A stretch of DNA of 64,000 nucleotides from Deltaproteobacteria bacterium. Lineage in GTDB: Bacteria; Desulfobacterota; Syntrophobacteria; Syntrophobacterales; Syntrophobacteraceae. Within the stretch, counting starts at the first letter, position 1, and every line of letters starts with the position of its first letter. The translations under genes were made by a program, and so were the position numbers. Under the pieces are notes generated by a model. It did no database searches and was not told where the DNA came from. It was given only the letters and a program-made list of their open reading frames with translations. Location: the NCBI GenBank assembly GCA_021813685.1, contig JAKAJS010000238.1, positions 842 to 64,841 on the forward strand, given 5' to 3'. Below are positions 18,786-29,652 of the stretch, in pieces.

Positions 18786-20015
18786 TTACAGATTACAGAT
18801 ACATCCTTCCTTCACCACCGTGCGCAGCGGGTTGCCGCCGAATTGGCAGGCGAGCTCGGCCGGCGAGGCGATGTTCCAGATGGCCAGATCGGCGGCTTTG
18901 CCGGGCGAAAGGGTGCCGATTTCACTCTCGAGGCCCAGGGCTCGGGCGGCGTGTTTGGTGGCGCCGGCCAGGGCTTCGGCGGGCGTGAGTTCGAAGAGCA
19001 CGCAGCTCATATTCATGATTGTCGGTAGCGACAGGCAGGGGCTGGTGCCCGGGTTGTGGTCGGTGCTCACGGCGATGGGGACGCCCGCATCGCGGAGTGC
19101 CCGCACGGGCGGTTTTCGGGTCTCGTGGAGGAAGTAGAAGGCACCGGGAAGCAGAACGGCCGTACACCCTTTGAGCAGGGGCACATCGGCAGGATCGAGA
19201 CATTCCAGGTGGTCCACACTGAGAGCGTTGCAGCGTGCGGCAAGAACCGCTCCCTTGGAGTCGGACAATTGTTCTGCGTGGAGCTTCACGGCCAGTCCGT
19301 GAGCCGCAGCCGCCCGGAAGACCCGTTCGGTCTGTTCGGGGCTAAACGCGATCGTTTCGCAAAAGACGTCTACGGCGGAAGCGAGCTTTCGGGCGGCTAT
19401 GGCGGGCACCATTTTTTCCACGACGAGGGCAATATAGTCGTCTGGCCGGTTTTTGAACTCCGGGGGCAGGGCGTGGGCGCCCAGAAAGGTGGCGCGGACA
19501 TCCACGGGCAGGGCCTGGCCCAGGCGGCGGATGACCTTGAGCATTTTGATCTCGTTTTCGACATCGAGTCCGTAGCCGCTCTTGATCTCCACGGTGGTGA
19601 CGCCGCAGGCGAGCAGGGCCGCTAAGCGCGGGAGGCTCTGCTGAAAGAGCGTGTCTTCATCGGCCTCGCGCACCGCGCGCACCGTGCTCACGATGCCTCC
19701 GCCCGCCCGGGCGATCTCCTCGTAGCTTGCGCCGCCAAGGCGCATTTCAAATTCCCTGGCGCGGTTTCCGGCGTACACCAGGTGGGTGTGGCAGTCGACG
19801 AGCCCGGGGGTGATCCAGGCGCCCCCGAGGCGATGGATGGTTTTGGCGTTCGCCATCGCCTCGGGGGGAAGTGCTCCGGCCGCACCGACCCAGATGATGC
19901 GGCCTTTGTCCACGGCGAGAGCGCCGTCTTCGATCGCGCCGTATCCGCGCTCCTCCGTCAGGGTCGCCAGATTGGTGTCCAGCCACAACGAGTCAAACGG
20001 TTTTGAAAGGGTCAT
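18786..20015 (-). CDS. hutI: imidazolonepropionase
   Basis: [34 protein letters not shown]. Confidence 0.96.
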   Translation of the reverse strand: MTLSKPFDSLWLDTNLATLTEERGYGAIEDGALAVDKGRIIWVGAAGALPPEAMANAKTIHRLGGAWITPGLVDCHTHLVYAGNRAREFEMRLGGASYEEIARAGGGIVSTVRAVREADEDTLFQQSLPRLAALLACGVTTVEIKSGYGLDVENEIKMLKVIRRLGQALPVDVRATFLGAHALPPEFKNRPDDYIALVVEKMVPAIAARKLASAVDVFCETIAFSPEQTERVFRAAAAHGLAVKLHAEQLSDSKGAVLAARCNALSVDHLECLDPADVPLLKGCTAVLLPGAFYFLHETRKPPVRALRDAGVPIAVSTDHNPGTSPCLSLPTIMNMSCVLFELTPAEALAGATKHAARALGLESEIGTLSPGKAADLAIWNIASPAELACQFGGNPLRTVVKEGCICNL

Positions 20016-21634
20016 GTTGAGCGCTTTTCCAGGATGTCTAGAACCTGCGCGCATTTTTGCTTCGCGCGTTCGGCCAGTTTCCGGGCTTCTTCCAGAATGG
20101 TGGTTTTGTATGCCTCGTCGGCGATATCGACGAGATTTATGAGCACGTTCTGCCAGGCGCCCCAGATACCGACTTCGAGGGCGCGCGCGCCCACCTGCAC
20201 ATCGGATTTGGAGGCGATATTGCCGTAGGTGGCCGCATCGATCATGGCATCCCAGGCCTCGTCTGCGATGCGCATGGTGGTAAGAGGCACCTCCACGGCG
20301 GTCTTTAGACCCTCCTGGATGGCTTTTTTCCGGATGGCTTTGTTCTCGTCGCTATCCCGGGGCATGCGCAGGGCTTCCACATAGTCGGCAAAGGCATTGG
20401 TGTCGGCGTCGATCATGGGAATGAGTTTCTGGGTGACGGCGTGCAGCGTCGGGATGATGTTGCGCATTTGAGCGTCGACCTTTTCGAACTTTTTCACCCC
20501 GTAGGTGAGCTTGGCGACCATGGCGCCAAGACCGGCGCCGACTGCCGCCATTTGGGCGGATACACTGCCTCCGCCAGGGGCCGAGGAACGCGAGGCGACC
20601 TCTTCGATAAACCCCCGTAGAGTCAGTGAGGCCAGAGGTTCGACGGGTTTTTCCCGCACCACGTATTCGATGATGCGCTCTGCCGGATTGAAGGGGGCGA
20701 CCGAATTTAGCCCCAGGCGATCGATGGCGAGGCGCACCTTCCGGTCTTCCTCGTAGAGAAAGAGGTTTTCCTTTTCGATGTAGTAGTCTGCGGCCATCAG
20801 CAGGGCTTCGAGTGGAATCAGCCCCACGATTTCCGATCCGGCCACCCCCACGCTCAGTTCGGCGGCATCCTTTTTCACCTCCTCAAAGAGCACGTGGAGG
20901 GGTGTGACCGTGTAGTCGGTAAGATTCACGGTCACCTGGGCCATGTTGTACTCACCCACGAACCACCCCATGCCTTTTACGGCCTTTAGCCGGCCGGGCT
21001 GTTTTTCCCCACGCCCGGCTTCCCGCAGGTTCAGCGCGATGCGGTGAGCCTGATTGGATGTACCCAGGATATTGACATTATAGGCAATCAGGAACATGCG
21101 TGCGCCAGTCGCTGTCGCACCCCAGGACGGGACAAACGCGGCGGGGCCGAAATCGGGTTTCCAGGCCGGATCCCGGAGCTTTTTGGGCAGCCCTTCGTAT
21201 TCGCCCCTGCGAATATCGGGGAGTGTCCGGCGGTAGTCCTGCCTGGCCGCATTCTCATAGAGGTAGACCGGCACGTTCAGCTCTTCGCCCAGCCTGCGGC
21301 CGAAGGTTTCGGCAATGGCGACGCACTCCTCCATGGTGATATTGGCCACGGGGACGAACGGGCAAACATCCAGGGCGCCAAAACGGGGGTGTTCGCCCTT
21401 GTGGTGGGACATGTCGATGCGCGCTCCGGCCTCCCTGGCCGCATTGAGGGCGCCTTCGACGATCGATTCGGGATCTCCGACAAAGGTGATGACCGTTCGA
21501 TTCGTGCTGGCGCCCGGATTGACATCGAGAAGGGTGCACCCCGGCGTTTCACTTATGGCGCGCGCGATGGCGTCGATGGTTTCCCTGTTGCGGCCTTCCG
21601 AAAAATTGGGAACACATTGAACAATTTTTTTCAT
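20012..21634 (-). CDS. ftcD: bifunctional glutamate formimidoyltransferase / cyclodeaminase
   Basis: [23 protein letters not shown] and C-terminal APGGGS cyclodeaminase domain. Confidence 0.95.
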   Translation of the reverse strand: MKKIVQCVPNFSEGRNRETIDAIARAISETPGCTLLDVNPGASTNRTVITFVGDPESIVEGALNAAREAGARIDMSHHKGEHPRFGALDVCPFVPVANITMEECVAIAETFGRRLGEELNVPVYLYENAARQDYRRTLPDIRRGEYEGLPKKLRDPAWKPDFGPAAFVPSWGATATGARMFLIAYNVNILGTSNQAHRIALNLREAGRGEKQPGRLKAVKGMGWFVGEYNMAQVTVNLTDYTVTPLHVLFEEVKKDAAELSVGVAGSEIVGLIPLEALLMAADYYIEKENLFLYEEDRKVRLAIDRLGLNSVAPFNPAERIIEYVVREKPVEPLASLTLRGFIEEVASRSSAPGGGSVSAQMAAVGAGLGAMVAKLTYGVKKFEKVDAQMRNIIPTLHAVTQKLIPMIDADTNAFADYVEALRMPRDSDENKAIRKKAIQEGLKTAVEVPLTTMRIADEAWDAMIDAATYGNIASKSDVQVGARALEVGIWGAWQNVLINLVDIADEAYKTTILEEARKLAERAKQKCAQVLDILEKRST

Positions 21635-23685
21635 GAGTTGCTGTAATCCTTACCGTACGTTCCATCGGCGACGAGCTTATCGAGCCAGGCCTCGTCGGCC
21701 AGATAGGGCAGGGTGATATGGTCTTTTCCCTCCCGCAGCGTGTTGTATTCGACGCAGGTTGTGATGGAATTGTCATTTCGGGCCCAGGCTCTTCGAGCAA
21801 CGCCGACCATGACATCCCAGAGCATGGCCCGTTCGATGATTGCGTCTATGCGGCTGCTGCCGTCGAGCACCAGCCCGAAGCCGCCGTTTATGGCCTTGCC
21901 GATCCCCACGCCGCCGCCGTTGTGCAGCGATACGAGGCTCATGCCTCTTGCGGCGTTTCCGGCATAGCAGTGAGTGGCCATATCCGCCATGATATTGCTG
22001 CCGTCTTTGATGTTGGCGGTCTCACGGTACGGCGAATCGGTGCCGCCGGCATCGTGATGGTCGCGGCCGAGCATCACGGGGCCGATCACGCCTTTTCGCA
22101 CCAGTTCGTTGAAGGCCAGGGCGATTTTTCTGCGGCCCATGGCATCCGAGTAGAGGATGCGCGCCTGGGTTCCCACGACGAGTTTGTTTTTTCCCGCATC
22201 CCGTACCCACGCCCAGTTGTCACGGTCCTGGAAGCGGCGTTCGGGATCGATGCAGGACATGGCGGTCATGTCCGTTGTGTGCAGGTCTTCGGGTTTTCCG
22301 CTGAGGCAGACCCAGCGAAAGGGTCCGTAGCCGTAGTCGAAAAGGAGAGGTCCCATCAGATCTTCCACATAGGAGGGCCAGATGAAGCCGTCCAGGGTAT
22401 CTTTGCCGTTTTTGCAGATTGCCTGCACACCGGCATCGAAAACCGCCTTGAGGAAGCTGTTGCCGTAGTCGAAAAAGTAGGTGCCGGCATCTGTCAGCTT
22501 TTTGATCAGCCCATAGTGGGTGACCAGCGACTTGTCCACCAGTTCCCTGAACCTGGCCCGGTCGGTGCGAAGCATCTCGGTGCGCTCTTCGAAGGTCAGG
22601 CCCTGCGGGCAATAGCCGCCGTCATAGGCCACGTGGCAGGATGTCTGATCGGAGAGAAGCTCTATTTTTTCCCCATGGTCGACCGCATACTGCAGCAGAT
22701 CGACGATGTTGCCATGGAAGGCAATGGCTATGCCTTCCTTTTTCGCCTGGTACTCGCGGGCGATTGCAAAGGCTTGCGCGGGGTCTTCCACGACCCTGGA
22801 AACCCAGCCCTGCTCGTGGCGGGTCTTGATGCGGGAGGCGTCCACCTCAGCGATAATGCCCGCGCCGCGAGCGATCACCACTGCTTTTCCCTGAGCGCCG
22901 CTCATGCCGCCAAGGCCCGAGGAGACGAACAATATCCCGGCCATGTCGCTGTTTGCCCCGATGCCCAGTTTCTGGCGGCAGGCGTTCAAAAGGGTGGCAT
23001 AGGTGCCGTGGACGATGCCCTGGGGGCCGATGTACATCCAGCCTCCGGCGGTCATCTGTCCGTAGTTGGCAACCCCGATTGCTGTGGCCCGGCGCCAGTT
23101 TTCCTGGTCGTCGAAAAGCCCTACCATGAGGCTGTTGGAGATGATGACGCGGGGAGCTTCGGGGGTGGAGGCGAAAAGTCCCAGGGGATGTCCGGAAAGC
23201 ACCGCCAGGGTTTGGTCCCGGGTCATGATCTGCAGGTAGCGTTTGATGATCCGGTACTGCATCCAGTTCTGGCACACCTGGCCGGTTTCTCCGTAGGTGA
23301 CCAGTTCATAGGGATAGAGGGCCACGTCGAAATCGAGGTTATTGTCGATCATGACCTGGAAGGCTTTACCCTCGATGCAGTTCCCTTCGTACTGGTCGAT
23401 GGGCCGGCCCTTGATGTGGCCTTCGGGGCGGAAGCGATAGGCGTAGATCCGGCCCGTGGTGAGCAGTTCGTCGAGAAACTCCGGTCCGAGGACGCTGTGC
23501 CATTTTTCGGGCACGTATCGTAAGGCGTTTTTGAGCGCCAGTTTGATGTCCGCCTGGTTGAGCGTCATGTCGCGCTTGGGGGCACGGCGGATATTCTCTA
23601 CAAATGGTTTTTTTTCCGGAAGCTCGGGAAAGATATCTTCGAGTTTGACCTTCATAGCAGCGGCTATTTCCTTGTTTGTAGCCAT
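21631..23685 (-). CDS. hutU: urocanate hydratase (long, ~680-aa type)
   Basis: YGQMTAGGWMYIGPQGIVHGT, SDQTSCH, GRDHHD, HNGGGVG. Confidence 0.97.
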   Translation of the reverse strand: MATNKEIAAAMKVKLEDIFPELPEKKPFVENIRRAPKRDMTLNQADIKLALKNALRYVPEKWHSVLGPEFLDELLTTGRIYAYRFRPEGHIKGRPIDQYEGNCIEGKAFQVMIDNNLDFDVALYPYELVTYGETGQVCQNWMQYRIIKRYLQIMTRDQTLAVLSGHPLGLFASTPEAPRVIISNSLMVGLFDDQENWRRATAIGVANYGQMTAGGWMYIGPQGIVHGTYATLLNACRQKLGIGANSDMAGILFVSSGLGGMSGAQGKAVVIARGAGIIAEVDASRIKTRHEQGWVSRVVEDPAQAFAIAREYQAKKEGIAIAFHGNIVDLLQYAVDHGEKIELLSDQTSCHVAYDGGYCPQGLTFEERTEMLRTDRARFRELVDKSLVTHYGLIKKLTDAGTYFFDYGNSFLKAVFDAGVQAICKNGKDTLDGFIWPSYVEDLMGPLLFDYGYGPFRWVCLSGKPEDLHTTDMTAMSCIDPERRFQDRDNWAWVRDAGKNKLVVGTQARILYSDAMGRRKIALAFNELVRKGVIGPVMLGRDHHDAGGTDSPYRETANIKDGSNIMADMATHCYAGNAARGMSLVSLHNGGGVGIGKAINGGFGLVLDGSSRIDAIIERAMLWDVMVGVARRAWARNDNSITTCVEYNTLREGKDHITLPYLADEAWLDKLVADGTYGKDYSNS

Positions 23686-23941
23686 GGGTTTTCTCCTTCG
23701 GAAGTAAATGTGTATAATAATTCGGGGTTCTCAAGTCTGGGAGAAACGAGCCCGGAGACGGTCGTTCCTTCGCTCAACTGCTGTTGCAGAGGAAAATGCG
23801 GGCGGGTTTTTGCTTGACCCCGGTTTCGGATGGGTTTACATATCGCGCCACGCTTTTGGCTTGTCAAGCAAAAAGAGCGGTACACAGGAGCCTCCTGCCC
23901 GGTGCGCTTTGAACATAAATAACCATTAAAAGAGAGTTATT

Positions 23942-25477
23942 ATGAGTTTGCAGACGATTCTTCTCGATTTTGACGGTATGAGCCTGGAAGAACTGATAGC
24001 CATTGCCCGAAACGGGGCAAGCGTTGCGATTTCCAGTCGAGCCGAAGAGCGCATCCTCGCCACCCGCCGGTTGATAGATCGCTGGGTGCGGGAGGGCCGG
24101 GTGATATACGGCGTCACGACGGGTTTTGGGGCCTTGAGCAAGGTGACCATCTCCGAGCAGGACACCCGTCAGCTCCAGTTCAATATTCTGGCCAGCCACT
24201 CGGCAGGAGTCGGCGCACTGTTGGATGATGAGGCGGTAAGAGCCATTATGGCGCTGCGCATCAAGGACATGGCGCGGGGCCATTCCGGTATTCGGCTCGA
24301 AACTCTGCGGCTTCTGATCGAGCTGCTAAACCGCGGCGTGATCCCCTGCGTCCCGGAAAAGGGTTCGGTGGGGGCGAGCGGAGATCTGGTGCCGCTCGCA
24401 CACCTTGGCTCGGTATTGATCGGGGAGGGGGAAGCGTTCTACCAGGGGAGAAGGATGAGCGGGCGGGAAGCCTTGAGCGCTGTGGGCCTTGAGCCGGTGA
24501 GCCTGGAATCCGCCGAAGGTCTGGCCCTGATAAACGGAACCCAGGCCATGACCGGCATAGGGGGGCTGGCCGTCTACGATGCCGAGCAGTTGTGCCGGCA
24601 TACCGACATAGCGGCCGCCATGAGCCTGGAAGTCCTCATGGGCAGCCGTACGGAATTCAATCCGGCTATCCAGAAAGTGCGACCCCATCCCGGCCAGGCA
24701 GCGGCCGCCGACAACATGCTGCGCATGACCCGGGATAGCGAGATCATCTCTTCCCACAAAGACTGCTCGAGAGTTCAGGACGCCTACACCCTGCGCTGTT
24801 CCCCGCAGGTGCACGGCGCCAGTCACGACACCATCCAGTACGCCCGCAAGGTCCTGGAAACCGAAATGAATTCCTCCACCAACAACCCGCTGTTCTTTTA
24901 TGAAACCGAAGAGTTTTTGCTCGGCGGAAACTTTCACGGGCAGCCCGTGGGATTCGCCATGGACTTTCTGGCCATCGCCGCGGCCGAGCTCGCCAATATT
25001 TCCGAACGGCGCATCGAGCGGCTGGTAAACCCGATGCTGAGCGGTCTACCCGGTTTTCTCATCAGCGAGGGAGGCCTCAATTCGGGGTTCATGATCGCCC
25101 AGTATACTGCGGCGGCCTTGGTGTCGGAAAACAAGGTGCTGGCCCACCCGGCTACGGTGGACTCCATTCCCACCTCGGCCAACAAGGAAGACCACGTTTC
25201 CATGGGGACCATCGCCGCGCGCAAAGCCCGCGAAATCGTGGGCAACGCCGAGAATGTGCTGGCGATCGAACTGCTGTGCGCGGCGCAGGCCCTGGATATG
25301 TTTACCAACTTAAAGCCCGGGGAGGGCACCCGGAGGGCCTACGAGGTGATCCGGGAGTGCGTTACCCACATGGACCGTGACCGCTTTCTTTCTCGCGACA
25401 TCGCGGCGGTAAAGGCGCTCATGAAGTCGGGCCGCCTGCTGCGGGCGGTCGAAGAAACCGTCGGCCCCTTGCATTGA
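23942..25477 (+). CDS. hutH: histidine ammonia-lyase
   Basis: YGVTTGFG, MIO motif GASGD, QDAYTLRC, GNFHG, NKEDHVSMG; divergent from hutU. Confidence 0.97.
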   Translation: MSLQTILLDFDGMSLEELIAIARNGASVAISSRAEERILATRRLIDRWVREGRVIYGVTTGFGALSKVTISEQDTRQLQFNILASHSAGVGALLDDEAVRAIMALRIKDMARGHSGIRLETLRLLIELLNRGVIPCVPEKGSVGASGDLVPLAHLGSVLIGEGEAFYQGRRMSGREALSAVGLEPVSLESAEGLALINGTQAMTGIGGLAVYDAEQLCRHTDIAAAMSLEVLMGSRTEFNPAIQKVRPHPGQAAAADNMLRMTRDSEIISSHKDCSRVQDAYTLRCSPQVHGASHDTIQYARKVLETEMNSSTNNPLFFYETEEFLLGGNFHGQPVGFAMDFLAIAAAELANISERRIERLVNPMLSGLPGFLISEGGLNSGFMIAQYTAAALVSENKVLAHPATVDSIPTSANKEDHVSMGTIAARKAREIVGNAENVLAIELLCAAQALDMFTNLKPGEGTRRAYEVIRECVTHMDRDRFLSRDIAAVKALMKSGRLLRAVEETVGPLH

Positions 25478-25691
25478 TCCGCAGCGATCGATCTGCCCTG
25501 TATTGACAGCTGGTAAGCAATATTTAGCTTTTAGCCAGCTTACGGGGTCAGGTTTTAATTTGCGCCCTTTCCTGTCCTCATAAATTTCTCCTCATCGAAA
25601 GCTCCGCCGGGAACTGCTCCCGGGGTAAACCCGGGGGGGCAGTGGAACGGCTCTCTCGTTTCGCCAATGCGAGCACGGAGGACAAAGGCGT

Positions 25692-27005
25692 ATGGAGGGA
25701 TACCGCGCTAAGATTCGCCATGGGACCGGCAGCACAGCGATCAGGGGGACTTTGCCCACGGTCCGTATGCTCCGGGCGCTGCGATGGATTTGCCGAATTT
25801 TCCCCGGGGACTTCGTGTTCAGCCTCGAGGAGAAACCCCTTCTCGATAAGGCATCAAAACTGACCGGCATTGAGGCGAGGGGGGATGGACCGTTTCAGGA
25901 GGCGTTCAGAATTCTTCTCAACTCACTTCGCCGTGACGGACATCTGCATTTTATCGGCCGTGCGTGCGCCTACAGCGATATCCTGCGCATGCTCTGCGAT
26001 CGTCTCCTTGTGTTGGAGGAGCGCAGGCGCAACCCTCAGATTTGCGAGCAGGTCATCAGACGACCGCTTTTCATTACGGGATTTCCAAGGACCGGTTCAA
26101 CATTGTTGCATGCCTTGCTGGCGCAGGATGTCTCCTGCCGCTCCCCGCAGATTTGGGAGGTGATGCACCCGTGCCCGCCCCCCACGGGCATGACCTACAA
26201 CAGAGATCCGCGCATTTTCAGAACCGCAAGAGAACTGAAGTGGCTCGACATCGTCATGCCGGATTTCAAAAGGGCTCACCTGATCGATGCCAGGCTGCCC
26301 CAGGAGTGCATTGCGATTACCGGGCACACTTTTATCAGTTATCTTTTCGAATCGATGTATTTTGTCGATTCCTACCGTGCCTGGCACGAGAGCCGGGACA
26401 AGCGCCCCGCGTACGAATACCACAGAAAATTCCTTCAACATCTGCAGTGGCGTGCTCCGGGGACCCACTGGGTGCTCAAGTCTCCCAGTCACCTTTTTGC
26501 GCTGGAGGCGCTCCTGCAGGTCTACCCCGATGCGAGGCTCGTTCTCACCCATCGGGACCCGCTAAAAGTGCTGCCCTCATGCGCAAGCTTTACGGAAGTG
26601 TTGCGGGGGGCCTTCACGGATTGTCTGGACAGGAAAAAGCTTGGCGCCGAAATATCCCACCACTGGCAAAGGGGGGCGCGCGTCGCCATGGAGTTTTGCC
26701 GAAGCGAGGCCGGTTCGGGAGGGCGGCTTGTAAACGTCATGTACACCGATCTCATGAGGGAGCCGATGGCCGAAGTCAGGCGAATTTACAGACACTTCGA
26801 TATGAAACTGACGGCGGCAACAGAGACGGCGATGAGACGTTTTCTGGCGCAAAACCCTCCCAACAAGAACGGAAAGCATAACTATTCCCTGGAAAAGTTC
26901 GCATTGGACCGTGAAGCCGAAACACGCCGCTTCGACTCTTATACGAACTTTTTCGGGATCGAACCCGAGTGTGATATGAATATTGCTGACAATGGCGATC
27001 GATAA
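25692..27005 (+). CDS. PAPS-dependent sulfotransferase family protein
   Basis: 5'-PSB motif TGFPRTGSTLLH, WVLKSPSH, 3'-PB HRDP...S. Confidence 0.9.
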   Translation: MEGYRAKIRHGTGSTAIRGTLPTVRMLRALRWICRIFPGDFVFSLEEKPLLDKASKLTGIEARGDGPFQEAFRILLNSLRRDGHLHFIGRACAYSDILRMLCDRLLVLEERRRNPQICEQVIRRPLFITGFPRTGSTLLHALLAQDVSCRSPQIWEVMHPCPPPTGMTYNRDPRIFRTARELKWLDIVMPDFKRAHLIDARLPQECIAITGHTFISYLFESMYFVDSYRAWHESRDKRPAYEYHRKFLQHLQWRAPGTHWVLKSPSHLFALEALLQVYPDARLVLTHRDPLKVLPSCASFTEVLRGAFTDCLDRKKLGAEISHHWQRGARVAMEFCRSEAGSGGRLVNVMYTDLMREPMAEVRRIYRHFDMKLTAATETAMRRFLAQNPPNKNGKHNYSLEKFALDREAETRRFDSYTNFFGIEPECDMNIADNGDR

Positions 27006-28008
27006 GGCGAATATTCAAAGGCTTCACAGCAGTTCCCCGATGCGCAGGTTGAGATTGATCCTCCTGGCAGTGGCCACGGTTTTTCTGCTGGGAATGCTCA
27101 AAGAACTGGGGTGGGCCGATCTTGCCCGGTACTTTCGGAGGGTGGGATATTACTGGCCTTTTCTTCTTGCGCCGTACGGACTCGTCAATTGTCTCCAGGC
27201 TTTTGCCTGGGGATACCTTCTGCCGCACAAGACAAACCGGCCTTCGTTCGGGCGACTCTTTTTACTGCGCCTGGCCGGGGATGCTCTGAACCAGTTGACG
27301 CCGACGGCGAGTGTCGGGGGCGACGCATTCCGAGTGCAAAGCTTGAAGGCCCTGGGCATTCCGTGGGAGGAAGCCACCGCCTCGGTCGTGATTCAAAAAG
27401 GCATCCTTGTCCTGAGCCTCGTTCTATACGTGATTTTGGGTTTGGTCCTCTCCGTCGCCATGCATGCCCTGGAGGCTTCCCGCCTGAGCTTGCTCGTACC
27501 GGCCGTCCTGATCCTGGGCGCCGGAGGTCTAGGGTTTCTCCTCGTGCAAAACCGGGGATTTTGCGTCCGGGCCGTTCGCCTTCTCGAAAAATTCGGTTTG
27601 TGCCCGGCAATGCTTAAGGCCAGGGAACAAGAGCTCGCATTGTTGGATTCGTGCCTGGCCGCTTTCTATAGAGAACATCGCGCTCGTTGCCTTTTTGCGT
27701 TTGTGCTCTTCTGCCTGGCGTGGTTGGTTCACGGCATCGAGGTCTACGTGATTTTCCGTCTCCTGGGTCATCCCATCGATTGGGGACTGGCCCTTTCCCT
27801 GGATGCACTGGTGACGCTCGGTGCCGCCTTGGGTTTTATGATTCCGGCCTCCGTGGGAGTACAGGACGGTTGTGCCATCCTGCTTTCTTTCGGATTTAAC
27901 CTGGGGGCTACGCTGGGAGCGGCTTTCAGCGTCATACGGCGCCTCCGGGAGGCCTTCTGGCTCTCTTTGGGCCTTCTGGTCGCAGCCCGGACGAGACCGC
28001 CCCGGTGA
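26992..28008 (+). CDS. UPF0104 / lysylphosphatidylglycerol synthase TM (flippase-like) membrane protein
   Basis: Multi-TM; NQLTPTASVGGD, IPASVGVQDG, IRRLRE; start uncertain. Confidence 0.8.
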   Translation: MAIDKANIQRLHSSSPMRRLRLILLAVATVFLLGMLKELGWADLARYFRRVGYYWPFLLAPYGLVNCLQAFAWGYLLPHKTNRPSFGRLFLLRLAGDALNQLTPTASVGGDAFRVQSLKALGIPWEEATASVVIQKGILVLSLVLYVILGLVLSVAMHALEASRLSLLVPAVLILGAGGLGFLLVQNRGFCVRAVRLLEKFGLCPAMLKAREQELALLDSCLAAFYREHRARCLFAFVLFCLAWLVHGIEVYVIFRLLGHPIDWGLALSLDALVTLGAALGFMIPASVGVQDGCAILLSFGFNLGATLGAAFSVIRRLREAFWLSLGLLVAARTRPPR

Positions 28009-28055
28009 GAAGCCAGTCGGCTCTTGTGCCGCATCAGGGTCGAACCCGAGCGGCC

Positions 28056-29375
28056 TTAGTAACGGTCGAAATTCTCCATTGCGTCGTTGCCGCGTGAGGT
28101 CCTTCTCTGTGCGAGATTTACCATCCAGGATGCCATATCGGATTGGCTCCGGGGAAAAGGGAGGCGCGAAAAGATCGATCTGAGACTGTAGAATTCGTGA
28201 TAGAGCCTCTTTACGTTCCTTTCAAGTTGTTCGGGCGAACAATGTTTGGGCATGAAATGGCAGGTGATTTCCGGCCATCTGCCTACATTGCCGGAGTCGA
28301 CGAGGCGGTTTTCTTCTTGCATGCGCTCATAGAAGGGAGTGCCTATATGGGGGGTGAGGATATTGAAATAGGCGACAGGCACCTTGTTGTGCCTGAGGAA
28401 AGCGAGGGTGCTGTCATAGATGCTTTTGTCCTCCGAATCATAACCGAACACAAAATTCAGCGAATAACTGATCCCTCTCTTGTGCAGGTTTTTAAGTATT
28501 TCCTCATAATGCTTGACTCTATTTGCTTTTTTGTTCATGCCGGACAGAGTCGCCTGGTCTATGCTTTCGATCCCGATATTAACGTGAAGAAGCCCGCTTC
28601 GTTTTGCGAGGTCCATGAACTTTTCGTTCCGGCAGAGATTTGAGGACCACAGGGTGGACCAGTGTATGCCAAGAGGAGCAAGTGCCTCCATGAGTTCTAT
28701 CGCATGAGATTTTTTGCCCGCAAAGGTGCTGTCGGCAAAAAAGAAGTACTTGCCTCCAATTCCCTTTATTTCGTCGATAACATCCTTAACCGGTCGATAG
28801 CGGTAGGTTTTGCCGAGAAAGAAACGTTCGGAACAAAAGTCGCACCTGAAAGGGCATCCCCGTGAGGTCTGGACCGCAAAGGTTTTGACGGGACCATAAT
28901 TTCGTAAGTCGAGAAGTTCATGGCGCGGAAAGGGCAGAGCCTCCAGATTGTGATACCCCTGCGCCCGGTAGAGTTTGCGAAGCCGCCCCTTTGCAGCGTC
29001 TTCGAGCATCGTGCGCCAGATATCCTCCCCTTCTCCCACTCCTACCGCATCGCAATGTTCGGCGGCTTCGTCCGAGTAAAAATAGACGTGTGGACCGCCC
29101 ATGATGACAGGGACGCCCATCGCCCTGTATCGGTCGGCTATTTCATAGGCTGCAAACGAATTGATTGTCCATGTGGTTATCGCAACCAGGTCCACACGAG
29201 CTCTATAATCGATCTCGGTCAACTGCTGGTCGATCAGCGTCACTTCCCAGTCAGGAGGAGTTAAGGCGGCGAGATAAGGCAGGGTCAATCCGACAAGGCT
29301 TCTTTTTCTTGATTGGTAAAGCGTTCGATTCGACCTGCCCCTGTAATGACTCGGTTGGATGATGGACAATTTCAT
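28056..29375 (-). CDS. cobalamin-binding radical SAM protein
   Basis: B12-binding N-terminus (LPYLAALTP, MGGPH), SRGCPFRCDFC, GIES. Confidence 0.92.
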   Translation of the reverse strand: MKLSIIQPSHYRGRSNRTLYQSRKRSLVGLTLPYLAALTPPDWEVTLIDQQLTEIDYRARVDLVAITTWTINSFAAYEIADRYRAMGVPVIMGGPHVYFYSDEAAEHCDAVGVGEGEDIWRTMLEDAAKGRLRKLYRAQGYHNLEALPFPRHELLDLRNYGPVKTFAVQTSRGCPFRCDFCSERFFLGKTYRYRPVKDVIDEIKGIGGKYFFFADSTFAGKKSHAIELMEALAPLGIHWSTLWSSNLCRNEKFMDLAKRSGLLHVNIGIESIDQATLSGMNKKANRVKHYEEILKNLHKRGISYSLNFVFGYDSEDKSIYDSTLAFLRHNKVPVAYFNILTPHIGTPFYERMQEENRLVDSGNVGRWPEITCHFMPKHCSPEQLERNVKRLYHEFYSLRSIFSRLPFPRSQSDMASWMVNLAQRRTSRGNDAMENFDRY

Positions 29376-29652
29376 AGGGGAAGACCTTTATTCGGGCCAT
29401 GAGCCCTTGACTTCGGAGTGAGTTGCGCGTCGAATGACTCGACGGAAAGAGTGGTATCTACTTTGTGAAATGATAAATATTGAGGTATATTAATTCAAGT
29501 TGGGACGGTTTCAGCGCCTCGTTTTTGGTCCCGTCCTCCGCGGTCTCAATCCGTTTTTCCTGGAAACAAAGGGGCGTTTTCCTGTTTATTTTCCCTACAG
29601 CTTTGGTATGATTTTACCGACCCCGTTGACTCCGCTGAAAAGGCTTTTTCCC

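Noticed and set aside
21718..23523. 601-aa + strand ORF and similar long antisense ORFs (55..1095, 8977..10143, 45456..46721)
   Set aside because: Antisense shadows of well-supported genes, expected in GC-rich DNA.
25505..25541. AGCTGG...CCAGCT inverted repeat after hutH as a terminator
   Set aside because: Imperfect stem, long loop and no clear U-tract; cannot tell terminator from operator.
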